From the IMG/VR virus record IMGVR_UViG_3300048930_000192, positions 67,811-131,810 of that record: 64,000 bases of DNA; one strand, given 5' to 3'. The stretch comes from a virus. A program made the translations under genes and the position numbers. This document shows positions 1 to 9,471 of this stretch, in pieces (positions within the stretch are counted from its first letter, which is position 1; every line of letters starts with the position of its first letter). Below the pieces are notes generated by a model. It ran no database searches and had not been told where the DNA came from. It worked only from the letters and a program-made list of their open reading frames with translations.

Positions 1-738
1 TTTAAGGCCACTAACTGCAATAGCATTCGGTATCATCATGCTGTCTATTGGACCTTCTAATATATAAATCTTAGAAGTTGCATCTAGTTTGTCTATACCG
101 TATATTAATTCTCGTTCTTCGCCTTCTGGCTTTATTATAATATACCGATACTTACTATATTTGTTCAAAGTACGGCATATTACACCATATACAGAACCAT
201 CTTTTTGTTTAAATGGTATTACTATCTTAGGATCATTAAAGTAGTTTCTTGTATCGTTTATTGATTTACCGAACGATTCAAAATCTTCTGAATAGTAAAT
301 CTCGTCATATAGTATAGACGGCACTTTACGATCTGTCAAATATCGAACAGCTATATGATCGGGTGGTAAGTCAGATATTCTAGGCAAATCTATGAAAATA
401 GCCTTATCGAATCTTTCTTTTGGCGAAGTGGTAGATACTTTGATTTCTGGTTTACTTGGAGCAAACGACTGCTGAAAGATCTCCATTCTATATTCGCGGT
501 ATAGTTCGGGATCGTAGTTCTTTAGAAACGTAGAAAATAGGTTTGCTATTTCGCAATTATGACACTTAGCATGAAACTCACCCTTCTTGTAGTAAAAATA
601 GAACCGGCGTTTACTCTTATTCTTTTTAGAGTCGCCGCACGTTGGGCACCGACAAGTAGCCAGAGTTGCAGTTTTCCATGAAAACTTCTCAAGTCTGGCT
701 GATATCATGTTAATATATTTTACGTCGATGTAACTCAT
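1..738 (-). CDS. 61: DNA primase (T4 gp61-like), truncated by window start
   Basis: Manual translation MSYIDVKYINMISARLEKF..CRCPTCGDSKKNKSKRRFYFY..KCHNC (zinc ribbon) and EGPIDS TOPRIM motif; ATGA overlap with the polymerase stop. Confidence 0.92.
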   Translation of the reverse strand, partial: MSYIDVKYINMISARLEKFSWKTATLATCRCPTCGDSKKNKSKRRFYFYYKKGEFHAKCHNCEIANLFSTFLKNYDPELYREYRMEIFQQSFAPSKPEIKVSTTSPKERFDKAIFIDLPRISDLPPDHIAVRYLTDRKVPSILYDEIYYSEDFESFGKSINDTRNYFNDPKIVIPFKQKDGSVYGVICRTLNKYSKYRYIIIKPEGEERELIYGIDKLDATSKIYILEGPIDSMMIPNAIAVSGLK

Positions 739-2138
739 TCAAAGAAATCCGAAACCGAATTGCGAGTCTCATAGTTCCAATTAATTGTATTCAGCAAGCC
801 ATTTAGTGGATCTAGAAATGTCTTTTCATATTGAGTTTCTTTGTCGATATATCGTTGTAATTTAAATTCTTCTGGTATATCTTTAACAAAACTAATTACA
901 TGAGATTTTGTTGGGTTTGGTACTTTAAGATATATAAACTTGATCTTGTCACCGCTGTCTATCTTCTGATACCGACTCTGTAGTTTATTAGATTCTATCA
1001 AGTTATTGTATATCAATGCACCTTTAACTGCTATAGGAGTACCTTTACTAAAGATCTCTTTGGCGTCGGTATATTTCTCTAGGTCATTAACACCTCTGGG
1101 TGATGCTATGTCGATATATGGCCTGGTCATGAAGTCGTTTTTAAACTCTGTAACATAGTTTATTAGTTCATTTTCTGTACCAGTAAGCATTATCTTTATG
1201 CACTTCTTTAATGCTTCCCTACATATATTAGGTGTACTAGACCTTTGAACCTCTATGCCCATGATTTTGAGTTTCGGCTCGGCATATCTAACACCTTCGC
1301 TGTCAATAACATTTAGACAATATCTCTTTTTAGCTACCCATATACCTTTAGAGCATATATTCTCTCGTTTCATTACCATTTTGTTGGTATAACAGTTCAT
1401 ATATTCGGCAAGTTCTTTATAGCACTTGTCCATAAATGGTTGTATTACTTCTTTAGATATTTTGTCTAATGTATTAGTAGCCTTTATTGGGTCAGCAATA
1501 GGCCCGAAAATTGAATCAACAATACGACTAGCGCTAATATACAAACTATCTGTATCAAGGTATTCAATATAATCAACACCACTCGTTTTACATATTTTAT
1601 TAAAGTATTCGTTGACATATTTTTCTACCCACTGGATTGCCAATTGGCCAGATATTGTAATAGCCTCTGCTTGGCGAACATCATAATGACGGAAGTTAAC
1701 CTGACCAATGGAACCATATCCCGAGTTGGCCGCAATCTTATATGCCATTTGTTTCGTTTCTAGCTTAGCAGCAAGTTTTTTGGTTTCAGCAATCTTTCTT
1801 TTCAGATCGTCTGTTGACAGATTTTCATACATAATTTTATTTTTATTTCTTATGGACAATTCTTTTTCCATAAGCTCTATTTCCTTCTTTAGGTCAATTG
1901 CCTTATTCTTTGCAGCCTTACGCCAATCCATGAAGTTACTCATGATTGACGACAAGAAACTTTGCCGATCATTACTGAACAGTTCACCGTTGGCAGCCAT
2001 ACCACAATTCAGTTTCTTAAGATACGATAGATCCATTTTCTTGTGTAGAAAATCTTGAACGGTAGGTGGCGACTTTAGATGGTATTCTAGGTTAAGTAGT
2101 TCAGTATCAGTCAGCAAACTCAAATCAATATTATGCAT
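735..2138 (-). CDS. 43: Family B DNA polymerase, C-terminal part (fingers/palm/thumb)
   Basis: KIAANSGYG (motif B), YLDTDSLY (motif C), KKRYCLN, KIMGIEVQRSSTP. Confidence 0.95.
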   Translation of the reverse strand: MHNIDLSLLTDTELLNLEYHLKSPPTVQDFLHKKMDLSYLKKLNCGMAANGELFSNDRQSFLSSIMSNFMDWRKAAKNKAIDLKKEIELMEKELSIRNKNKIMYENLSTDDLKRKIAETKKLAAKLETKQMAYKIAANSGYGSIGQVNFRHYDVRQAEAITISGQLAIQWVEKYVNEYFNKICKTSGVDYIEYLDTDSLYISASRIVDSIFGPIADPIKATNTLDKISKEVIQPFMDKCYKELAEYMNCYTNKMVMKRENICSKGIWVAKKRYCLNVIDSEGVRYAEPKLKIMGIEVQRSSTPNICREALKKCIKIMLTGTENELINYVTEFKNDFMTRPYIDIASPRGVNDLEKYTDAKEIFSKGTPIAVKGALIYNNLIESNKLQSRYQKIDSGDKIKFIYLKVPNPTKSHVISFVKDIPEEFKLQRYIDKETQYEKTFLDPLNGLLNTINWNYETRNSVSDFFE

Positions 2139-3418
2139 TATAATCCTCTGCGTTGTTTTTCCGCTGATATTTTGCTTAACAAATCATTCTTTTCTATAAT
2201 AGTATCTGATCCGATAGAATACTGGATAATCAAAGATGGATACAGTGAAGTGAGGTCGAAGCTAATGATCCAGTCCTTGAATCCCGGTCTAGGATCTTTA
2301 ACATATGCACCGGCATATTGACCGTCAATCACTTCACCCTCTTTCTTTAGAGGTATAACTATGTTTTTATTCTTTAGATAGTTGTAGATAATACAATCCC
2401 AAGTCTTGACTTGGCCAAACACATCTTCAAAGTTGCACTTGGCAACGTATGCGATGCCTATATGCAGATCTATTAGATTCAACTTATTATCTAATTCATC
2501 TACTATATCTACGTCTTGAATATTATACATTACAAACTTATCAAAGTCCTTTGTATAAAATTCATGCATACTATCATATTCTGTATAGTCTAACTTGGTC
2601 TTATTGAGCTCGACTTTAGCTACATGGTTTAAAGAATATGATTCTAATGTCTGTGTAGAATACTTTCTATAAAGTTCGTATAGATCTAATATTGATATGC
2701 CAACCAATCTGAACGTCTGGCAAGTCTTGCCACGATATTCAATTTCTTCTTCTTTTATCCAATTCCATGGCGACAATTCTTTGGTTGCTTTCTCACCAAG
2801 AAGCTTATAACATCTGTTGACAATATACGGTATATCGTAAAATCTAATGTTCCAGCCAGTTATAACATCTGGATCTATTTTCTTAAATTCAGAAATGAAG
2901 GCTTTCAACATTTCTTCTTCTGAATCATAACATTCGATAATAGTATTTTCGAAAGTAGTTATAGTCTTATTAAGACAGAAAGTATGCCTTAAACCAGTGT
3001 TCTTATTCTTTATTGTTATAACATTGATTCTTTCTGTCGGATCATCAGCTGGCGCAAATCTTTCTTCTGATTCTGTTTCAATGTCTAAAGTTACAACAAC
3101 TATGTCGTGCATATCATAATGAATTTCATCAGGAAACTTATCAGAAATATACTGATACTTGTAGTCGGTATTACCGTATACTTTAAAATTATTGATATCT
3201 TCGTATTGCTTTAGAAAGTCTCTGGCATCAGATATTGATCCTATCTCGATACGATCTAAGAAATCACCTTGAATGCTGGTATAGTCAGTAGTCTTGGCAG
3301 ATGTAATATACAAAGTAGGTTTAAACGCATTATCAATATATGTTACTCTTTTGCCGTTTTCTATACCACGGTAAAGAATATTATCGCCCTTTGTTTGTAC
3401 ATTCGTATAATAATTCAT
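2138..3418 (-). CDS. 43: Family B DNA polymerase, N-terminal part (3'-5' exonuclease + motif A)
   Basis: LDIET, GWNIRFYDIPY, YNIQDV exonuclease motifs; YAGAYVKDP..SFDLTSLYPS motif A. Confidence 0.95.
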   Translation of the reverse strand: MNYYTNVQTKGDNILYRGIENGKRVTYIDNAFKPTLYITSAKTTDYTSIQGDFLDRIEIGSISDARDFLKQYEDINNFKVYGNTDYKYQYISDKFPDEIHYDMHDIVVVTLDIETESEERFAPADDPTERINVITIKNKNTGLRHTFCLNKTITTFENTIIECYDSEEEMLKAFISEFKKIDPDVITGWNIRFYDIPYIVNRCYKLLGEKATKELSPWNWIKEEEIEYRGKTCQTFRLVGISILDLYELYRKYSTQTLESYSLNHVAKVELNKTKLDYTEYDSMHEFYTKDFDKFVMYNIQDVDIVDELDNKLNLIDLHIGIAYVAKCNFEDVFGQVKTWDCIIYNYLKNKNIVIPLKKEGEVIDGQYAGAYVKDPRPGFKDWIISFDLTSLYPSLIIQYSIGSDTIIEKNDLLSKISAEKQRRGL

Positions 3419-3855
3419 TTTCTCTTAATAACCTTTTTAACTGGTTTCTTAGTAACTTTCTTAGTAGCCTTCTTCTTGGTTTTCTTCGCGTAAGAAAGAA
3501 CTTCTTCTGGCATGTCCATCAATTTGGGATCAAGTCTGCCTCGAATGTGCATTTCTTCTTGGTGTATCATTGCAGCTGCATTCCACATGATTGCAGCCAA
3601 GTGATCTTCTGATCTATCACCAGCAAGATACCGAATACAATGCCTATTCATAGAATCATATATCTTTCTCATTGGCAAGCCAAGTTTCCAATTATCTTCT
3701 GGGTGTGTCTTAGCTCCATTCTGATAATGCTTAGCCAATCTAGTAGTTGCATGGGTAGAAATCATATCGAACCTACCCTTATCCGTATTTTCTGCTCTAA
3801 CTGCACCAGAAGAGAATTTCTGCATCTTAATTTTGTGACTTGAACTCTTTGCCAT
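3415..3855 (-). CDS. dATP/dGTP diphosphohydrolase (DUF5664-type)
   Basis: FSSGAVR..KGRFDMI..RLAKHY..GA..NWKLG.P..DS..RH..GDRSEDHLAA..WNA family pattern. Confidence 0.8.
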   Translation of the reverse strand: MAKSSSHKIKMQKFSSGAVRAENTDKGRFDMISTHATTRLAKHYQNGAKTHPEDNWKLGLPMRKIYDSMNRHCIRYLAGDRSEDHLAAIMWNAAAMIHQEEMHIRGRLDPKLMDMPEEVLSYAKKTKKKATKKVTKKPVKKVIKRK

Positions 3856-3856
3856 A

Positions 3857-4390
3857 TTATCTTACTCCTGTACTACCAAATCCACCATTTCTAGATGTTT
3901 TAACTGATGGCTTTGAATCTATTGGCTCTAGATTATACGCAAGCGATTCGATCATTTCAAGTTGCGCAATTCGATCACCGCTATTAATCTTTACAGGTAT
4001 ATTTGTAGTATTAGTAATCATGATATATAATTGTTCAACATAATCGCTGTCGATAATACCTTCATTGTTAGTTAAACTCAATCCGTTCTTTAGTGCAGTA
4101 CCAGATCGACTATGCACTCTTACGCTATAGCCAAGTGGTATATCTAATATAATACCAGTTGGTATTAAAACTCTATCGCCCGGATTTACAGTCAAAGATT
4201 CAGCCTCACTTTGCTGGCTATCTTTAACTGCAACTTTGCTAGTTAGCGTATTGTCTTTTGTATAACACTTTATAATCTGTTCGTGTGTGTTACCAAAGTA
4301 CGCATGTACATCAAAACATGCAGATTGCAATGTTGCAAAATATGGTTCTTTGACGTTCTGGTACATCTTATAATATTTCAAATTATTCAT
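3857..4390 (-). CDS. dut: Trimeric dUTPase
   Basis: SACFD, RSG, GIIDSDY, GDRIAQ, RNGGFGSTG motifs. Confidence 0.95.
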   Translation of the reverse strand: MNNLKYYKMYQNVKEPYFATLQSACFDVHAYFGNTHEQIIKCYTKDNTLTSKVAVKDSQQSEAESLTVNPGDRVLIPTGIILDIPLGYSVRVHSRSGTALKNGLSLTNNEGIIDSDYVEQLYIMITNTTNIPVKINSGDRIAQLEMIESLAYNLEPIDSKPSVKTSRNGGFGSTGVR

Positions 4391-4409
4391 AATAACTCCT
4401 TTTGTAAAT

Positions 4410-4441
4410 GCAGCAAAGATGTAATATTACATCTTTGCTGC
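4410..4441. terminator. Perfect 32-bp palindrome between regA and dut (terminator or processing hairpin)
   Basis: GCAGCAAAGATGTAATATTACATCTTTGCTGC. Confidence 0.55.
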
Positions 4442-4473
4442 TATGTTTTACTATTCTTAAATATTGTCGAATC

Positions 4474-4875
4474 TTACTTTTTACCTATTTGATACTTAGA
4501 AACTAATTTCCATTGTGCTTTTTCTCCATGCTTTATTACTTTTATTTCATTCATCAATGCAACTGGGAATTCAGTTTTCTTAGGGTCCAATATTCTAATC
4601 AAACCCCAATCTTCTATTAAGTTAGCAATTGTATTTCTACGAGCAAGATCATTTTCGTCAAAGGTTATTTCGTGGCCATCTAATCCAAAAAGTTCTTTAA
4701 AGTGAATAATTGCATATCTACCCTTTTTGTGGAGAAGGTGGCAACTTTGGTATATAGTATTATCTTTTTTGGAGCATATACCAATTCTGGTTAATGTCTC
4801 TTTAACTTTCAAGAAATTCTGTGGATCAATCAATTCAATTTCAACGCCGAACCCTCTGAAAATATCATCTTGCAT
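4474..4875 (-). CDS. regA: Translational repressor RegA
   Basis: FLKVKETLTRIGI..YQSCHLLHKKGRYAIIHFKELF.LDG..RRNTIANL. Confidence 0.95.
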   Translation of the reverse strand: MQDDIFRGFGVEIELIDPQNFLKVKETLTRIGICSKKDNTIYQSCHLLHKKGRYAIIHFKELFGLDGHEITFDENDLARRNTIANLIEDWGLIRILDPKKTEFPVALMNEIKVIKHGEKAQWKLVSKYQIGKK

Positions 4876-4920
4876 GTGTTGGCCCTATATAAAATAATCA
4901 AAGTCATATGTAGGTATTTA

Positions 4921-5313
4921 TTACTTTGTGCCGCCAGGGTTCATTCGCTCTTTGATTTCTTTAAGTTGGTCTTTAGACAAGACCTTTAGATATTTCTTAG
5001 CCACTTCTCGGTTTACGCTATAATAAGACATTATAACCTCGACATCGGCAGTCAACTCATTTTTATGCCACTTTCCACTATACCGTTTGCGTTTTTCTAC
5101 ACCAAACATATAATAATGATATTGCATCATTTTATCTAGATTTGGTCGTATATTCATCTCATTTGCATAAAATATAGTGTCTGGATGATACGAAAATGCA
5201 CGATTTGTTAGATACGGTATATAAGAACTTATATTAGACTCACCTTTAGTGATATCTGCCTTTGCATAAGAAGCATCATTATAGAAATCAAATGGATTAG
5301 CTTTTTCCGTCAT
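4921..5313 (-). CDS. 62: Clamp loader small subunit (gp62)
   Basis: YIPYLTNRAFSYHPDTIFYANEMN..KRKRY..W pattern; T4 45-44-62-regA-43 synteny. Confidence 0.88.
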   Translation of the reverse strand: MTEKANPFDFYNDASYAKADITKGESNISSYIPYLTNRAFSYHPDTIFYANEMNIRPNLDKMMQYHYYMFGVEKRKRYSGKWHKNELTADVEVIMSYYSVNREVAKKYLKVLSKDQLKEIKERMNPGGTK

Positions 5314-6049
5314 CTTTTGGTTCCGGTCTCTTTATTTCGTCAATCGAATCACTAAACATATCAATAATCAGGCTAATCGGTACAGCAACATGAGTATTTG
5401 TTATAGAATCGTATAATCCATGAACATAGAAGCTATCTAGAAATCCCACCCCAATATATCTGTCTATTAAGTTGGATTCAATATAATCTGGCGATAATTT
5501 AGGTTCATGATGCTTTGCCTTGATTGTTCTAATCTTACCATTCAAATCTTCGTATGTTATATCTATTGTATCATTCTTTATTTTGATTAGCGATAGATCT
5601 ATCCATAACGACAATATTCTATCTTTAAAAGACTTGGGATCTGTAGTTATTTCTGAAGGTGCGCGATCTACGATTTGAGTACAAACAAATTTGTTCCAAA
5701 AGTAATCTTCTCTATTTGCCATAAACTCTTTTTTAAGACCAATTACTTTCTTGCAATATTCATCATATTTAAACTTCTGCTGAATTGATCCTATTTCATC
5801 TATAATTTCTAGCTGATCATCTGGTGAGAAGTTAGCAACTTCATTAACAATGATTCTGTGCAATTCAGAACCGGTCTTGATGTCGGTAGAATACAAAATA
5901 TCTTTGAGTTTGTTATAAGTAGACGTATCTTTAGATTTAGATACTATGATATTTTTAATTTCGGTATAATATTCTTCAACTCTATATTTTTTGTGTAGAG
6001 AATGAACGTCTATAATCATGTCATTTGCAGACCGAGTAATGTTTCTCAT
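5297..6049 (-). CDS. Hypothetical protein inserted between genes 44 and 62
   Basis: 250-aa ORF preceded by CATAAATA late-type promoter. Confidence 0.7.
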   Translation of the reverse strand: MRNITRSANDMIIDVHSLHKKYRVEEYYTEIKNIIVSKSKDTSTYNKLKDILYSTDIKTGSELHRIIVNEVANFSPDDQLEIIDEIGSIQQKFKYDEYCKKVIGLKKEFMANREDYFWNKFVCTQIVDRAPSEITTDPKSFKDRILSLWIDLSLIKIKNDTIDITYEDLNGKIRTIKAKHHEPKLSPDYIESNLIDRYIGVGFLDSFYVHGLYDSITNTHVAVPISLIIDMFSDSIDEIKRPEPKDDGKS

Positions 6050-6069
6050 ATGTAATATTTATGATGGCC

Positions 6070-7005
6070 TCATTTAAATGTTGCATTTACCATTATTTCA
6101 ACAAAGCAGGCACACAAACAAATTTCTGGGTCACTGCTGAATGCCATCTTATACTGGTAATCTGCCAATATTAGAATTACTTGAGGCACAGATTGCTTGT
6201 CTACGGTTTCAGATAATGTATCATAGATTTCTCTAAAAATAGCAGACGAATCACAATCGCTGTTTTCACTAACCCATTTTCTGACTGAAACGAAATTTTT
6301 CTCTTTCATGTGCTTAATTAGGGTAGCAACATTACTATGAGATCCGAGTGACAATATACCTTCGTCGATAGTACCTCTTGAACCGTATGTTTGTAGTTCA
6401 CCGAGAATCTTTCTAAAATCTGGAAAGAACTTAAGGATAAATCTACTTAGAACCTTCTCGTCGTAAGATATCTGTTCACGATCCAAAATGTTCTTAACTC
6501 GTTGATGCATTTGAGAAGCCAATTTAGGCTGTTGATCTCGTGGCATCTTAAAATCAATAATAGAAAATCTACTATGTAGTGGTTCTATAATCTTATTTTT
6601 AAAGTTACATGTTAGTATAAATCGGCAATTGGCTGCAAACTCTTCTATGAATCCACGAAACGCAGATTGAGTTGCCGCAGTCATATTATCACTTTCGTCT
6701 AATATAACTACTTTGCCACCGCCAAGCACACTAACTGTACTTGCAAAGTTTCTGATAGTAGTGCGCAAGGTATCTATGTTGCCTTGTTCAGATGCATTAA
6801 TGAAAAGTGTATCACAATTCAATTCATTGCACATGGCTCTGGCTGCCGTGGTCTTACCGCAACCGGGGCCACCACTTAACATTAAATTTTGAGCTTCGCC
6901 ACTTTTGATTATATCTTTGAAGATCTTTGAGATATTATCTGGTAAAATACACTCGTCAATAGTTTTGGGCCTATATTTCTCAACAAACAGAAATTGATCG
7001 CTCAT
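6070..7005 (-). CDS. 44: Clamp loader AAA+ subunit (gp44)
   Basis: VEKYRP, GGPGCGKTT Walker A, ILDESD Walker B, PLHSRF. Confidence 0.96.
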   Translation of the reverse strand: MSDQFLFVEKYRPKTIDECILPDNISKIFKDIIKSGEAQNLMLSGGPGCGKTTAARAMCNELNCDTLFINASEQGNIDTLRTTIRNFASTVSVLGGGKVVILDESDNMTAATQSAFRGFIEEFAANCRFILTCNFKNKIIEPLHSRFSIIDFKMPRDQQPKLASQMHQRVKNILDREQISYDEKVLSRFILKFFPDFRKILGELQTYGSRGTIDEGILSLGSHSNVATLIKHMKEKNFVSVRKWVSENSDCDSSAIFREIYDTLSETVDKQSVPQVILILADYQYKMAFSSDPEICLCACFVEIMVNATFK

Positions 7006-7012
7006 TATTTAC

Positions 7013-7690
7013 TCACTTCCAGAAGCTATCACTTTCAACACTTATAAAGTAAGTCACGTCAATGTCTTTGTTGGTAAATTTAGATATCTTTGGGCTGAGT
7101 TCGACAAGATAATTGCCAGGAATTATCTTGAGGCTATTTACAATGTCGAAGTTAAAGCTAAATTCGTGATTAGTCTGGTTATCACCAAGATCTACTTCAT
7201 ACACGTTGCTTGAACTATCATTCTTATCATGCACAGCCAATACGATTCTATCGCCAACAGATCTAATGCTCATGTTAGAAACCATAAGTGCAGATCGTGA
7301 CTTCATGATACCAGTGATCATTTCTGGTGTCAACTCGAAATTAAACTCAAAAGTCAGCGGCTTCATGTTTCTCTTGAGGTTATTTTCAAGAGTAGTCATC
7401 AATTCAGGTGCAGCATAACGGTATTTTACCTTTGACTTGCCACTAGAAATGATAACATGTGTGTCCTTGAAGTCAAAATCTGGATCCTTCATCATCGAAC
7501 ACACATTTAGAAACTGAGAAAGATCAAAAATGTTTGCCTTCTCTGTAAAATTCTCACTAACAGTAGCAATAGAGATAATACCAAGATTTGGAGCTACAGT
7601 TTTAAGCTCGTTTCCTGGAAAAATCACTAAATTACTGTTGATTGATGAAAAATTCTTCAAAACCGTCATAGTATCTTCACTTATCTTCAT
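7013..7690 (-). CDS. 45: Sliding clamp (gp45)
   Basis: MKISEDTMTVLKNFSSIN..IFDLSQFL..LKIIPGNY.V; synteny. Confidence 0.93.
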   Translation of the reverse strand: MKISEDTMTVLKNFSSINSNLVIFPGNELKTVAPNLGIISIATVSENFTEKANIFDLSQFLNVCSMMKDPDFDFKDTHVIISSGKSKVKYRYAAPELMTTLENNLKRNMKPLTFEFNFELTPEMITGIMKSRSALMVSNMSIRSVGDRIVLAVHDKNDSSSNVYEVDLGDNQTNHEFSFNFDIVNSLKIIPGNYLVELSPKISKFTNKDIDVTYFISVESDSFWK

Positions 7691-7766
7691 AATATCTCCA
7701 AAATATTAAAAATCACTGTTTAAAATGTCTGATACAACGTCTATTATATCAGACATACGACGTATT

Positions 7767-7910
7767 TTAGCTGTTCGGAGAGAACTTGTCAACAACCTTA
7801 CTTTCGGCATCTCTTACTTTAGCAAGAGTATTCTTATTATTCTTGCTAAACCAAACAGTAAGACCAAAACTAACGACTGCGCCAACTAAAAGACCTGCAA
7901 TAAAAAGCAT
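7767..7910 (-). CDS. Small membrane protein
   Basis: MLFIAGLLVGAVVSFGLTVWF hydrophobic helix after an AGGAG RBS. Confidence 0.6.
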   Translation of the reverse strand: MLFIAGLLVGAVVSFGLTVWFSKNNKNTLAKVRDAESKVVDKFSPNS

Positions 7911-7929
7911 AAACTTTCTCCTTTTTAAA

Positions 7930-8175
7930 TTATTCATTATCATCTTCACCAAAGTCTTGAATATCACCATCTTCTGTGTCTGGTTCTACTTGATCCAAAT
8001 CTTCTTCTGAATATCCATTATATTCAGCCTCTGGATTAGTAAAATTCTGCGAAACAAAATCTTTAAAATGATTAATTCGATCATTTGTACGATTGATCAT
8101 TTCTTGATCAAACATCATCTTAAATGTTCCTGGGTTACCGTCATTTAAGGCATTCATCATATCTTCAATACTCAT
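7930..8175 (-). CDS. Acidic protein, possibly gp67-like prohead core protein
   Basis: Helical N-terminus plus very acidic tail; resemblance is only loose. Confidence 0.4.
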   Translation of the reverse strand: MSIEDMMNALNDGNPGTFKMMFDQEMINRTNDRINHFKDFVSQNFTNPEAEYNGYSEEDLDQVEPDTEDGDIQDFGEDDNE

Positions 8176-8786
8176 GGATTTGTTCCTTTCATCTGTTTAA
8201 TTCTATCTGCCAAGCCGCCGGCAGCTTTGCGCTTTGCTTCTAGTTCTTTGCGGCGTTTCTCTTCGGCATTAGCTCTATCATCAGCCAACTTTGCACTCTT
8301 TTCTGGATCTTGAGTTGCTTTATAATGGTCTTTAGATGCTTGCCGTTCTGAATCAGTTAGTTTCTTGCCAGTAAATCTAGGCACGAAGGCAGCAGGATCA
8401 ACACTTCTATTTTCCATCTGCGCCTTAACGCGATCCATGATTCTATTATATCTACGCTTTTTGCGATTGTCAGAATCTTTCTTTGGGCCTAATCTATGCA
8501 ATTGGCGAACATTGCGTTCTAAAGTATCTTTCTTATTTTTACCTGAAGCCTCTGATATTTTGTCAGTAGTTTGAAACTTGGCGTAACTAACATTTAAAGC
8601 TTTGGCATTAGTAAGCGGCGAACTCTCTGTCTTTATGTCTTTAAGAGCGGCCAATGCTCGTTCTGCTTCTGGTCGGTCTTTATGCTTACTCATGGTAAGT
8701 GTTTGTGTGCCTACGATCTTAATCACAGCAAACAGATCGCCGCCGAGCTTTATAATTTTGTATTTAGTCGTATTTTCTTGCGCCAT
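8172..8786 (-). CDS. Basic hypothetical protein
   Basis: 204-aa K/R-rich ORF overlapping both neighbours. Confidence 0.65.
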   Translation of the reverse strand: MAQENTTKYKIIKLGGDLFAVIKIVGTQTLTMSKHKDRPEAERALAALKDIKTESSPLTNAKALNVSYAKFQTTDKISEASGKNKKDTLERNVRQLHRLGPKKDSDNRKKRRYNRIMDRVKAQMENRSVDPAAFVPRFTGKKLTDSERQASKDHYKATQDPEKSAKLADDRANAEEKRRKELEAKRKAAGGLADRIKQMKGTNP

Positions 8787-9432
8787 TAGCTTCTACCTCT
8801 TTCAAAAAACCGACATATCCAAGCAAACTGTCGTCTTTGGACTTGATCGGAAATGCTTCTATTCTAACACGATACTTTATGCCATCTGTGTTTTGAATAT
8901 AAAATATATCATGAAATTCTTCAATATTTGATATACACCGATTCCATTCACTTCTAACCTCTTCTCTGTCTGACTCTTCTATTGTATTTAGCCAACCATA
9001 ACCCAACAGTTCTTCAATTGTTCGATTAGTAAGCCGTTGGTACAGTCTATTAACAGTAGTTACATTGCCACGACTATCTGTTTCAAAATAACATATTTGC
9101 TTGCTAGAAGTTAAGATAGCCTTTTGGCGCTGTTCTAGATAGTGCATATTTTTATCTATTCTATTAACAGAATCTTTGATACTCATGCCACCGTTAGTAG
9201 AAAGTTCTTTAGATATTTCAGAAATTTGATTATTTATTTTAGGTATTTGACCAATACTATCTGATATCGAACTAAAGTACTTTTTTACTGGTATCACTAT
9301 TTTCTTACTAACATACAGATATATAGCACCAATAGCTCCGGCTCCAGCAACTATACCCACCAATGCTTGACTGATCTCATTAATGTTGGGTATACTAATT
9401 AATGCAATAATCAGACTAACGAAATGATCCAA
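8764..9432 (-). CDS. Membrane-anchored PAS-domain protein
   Basis: N-terminal TM segment and coiled coil, then FETDSRGNVTTVNR..EELLGYGWLNTI..DREEV..W..GYVG PAS/PAC pattern; non-ATG start. Confidence 0.8.
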   Translation of the reverse strand: MDHFVSLIIALISIPNINEISQALVGIVAGAGAIGAIYLYVSKKIVIPVKKYFSSISDSIGQIPKINNQISEISKELSTNGGMSIKDSVNRIDKNMHYLEQRQKAILTSSKQICYFETDSRGNVTTVNRLYQRLTNRTIEELLGYGWLNTIEESDREEVRSEWNRCISNIEEFHDIFYIQNTDGIKYRVRIEAFPIKSKDDSLLGYVGFLKEVEANGARKYD

Positions 9433-9471
9433 AGTAATATCTCCAGTTAAGTTCTTATTAGATATTTATGT

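Noticed and set aside
2100-2200. Intein or intron at the polymerase split
   Set aside because: No C/S start or HN-C/S/T end motifs and no intervening sequence; the ORFs overlap as TAATG
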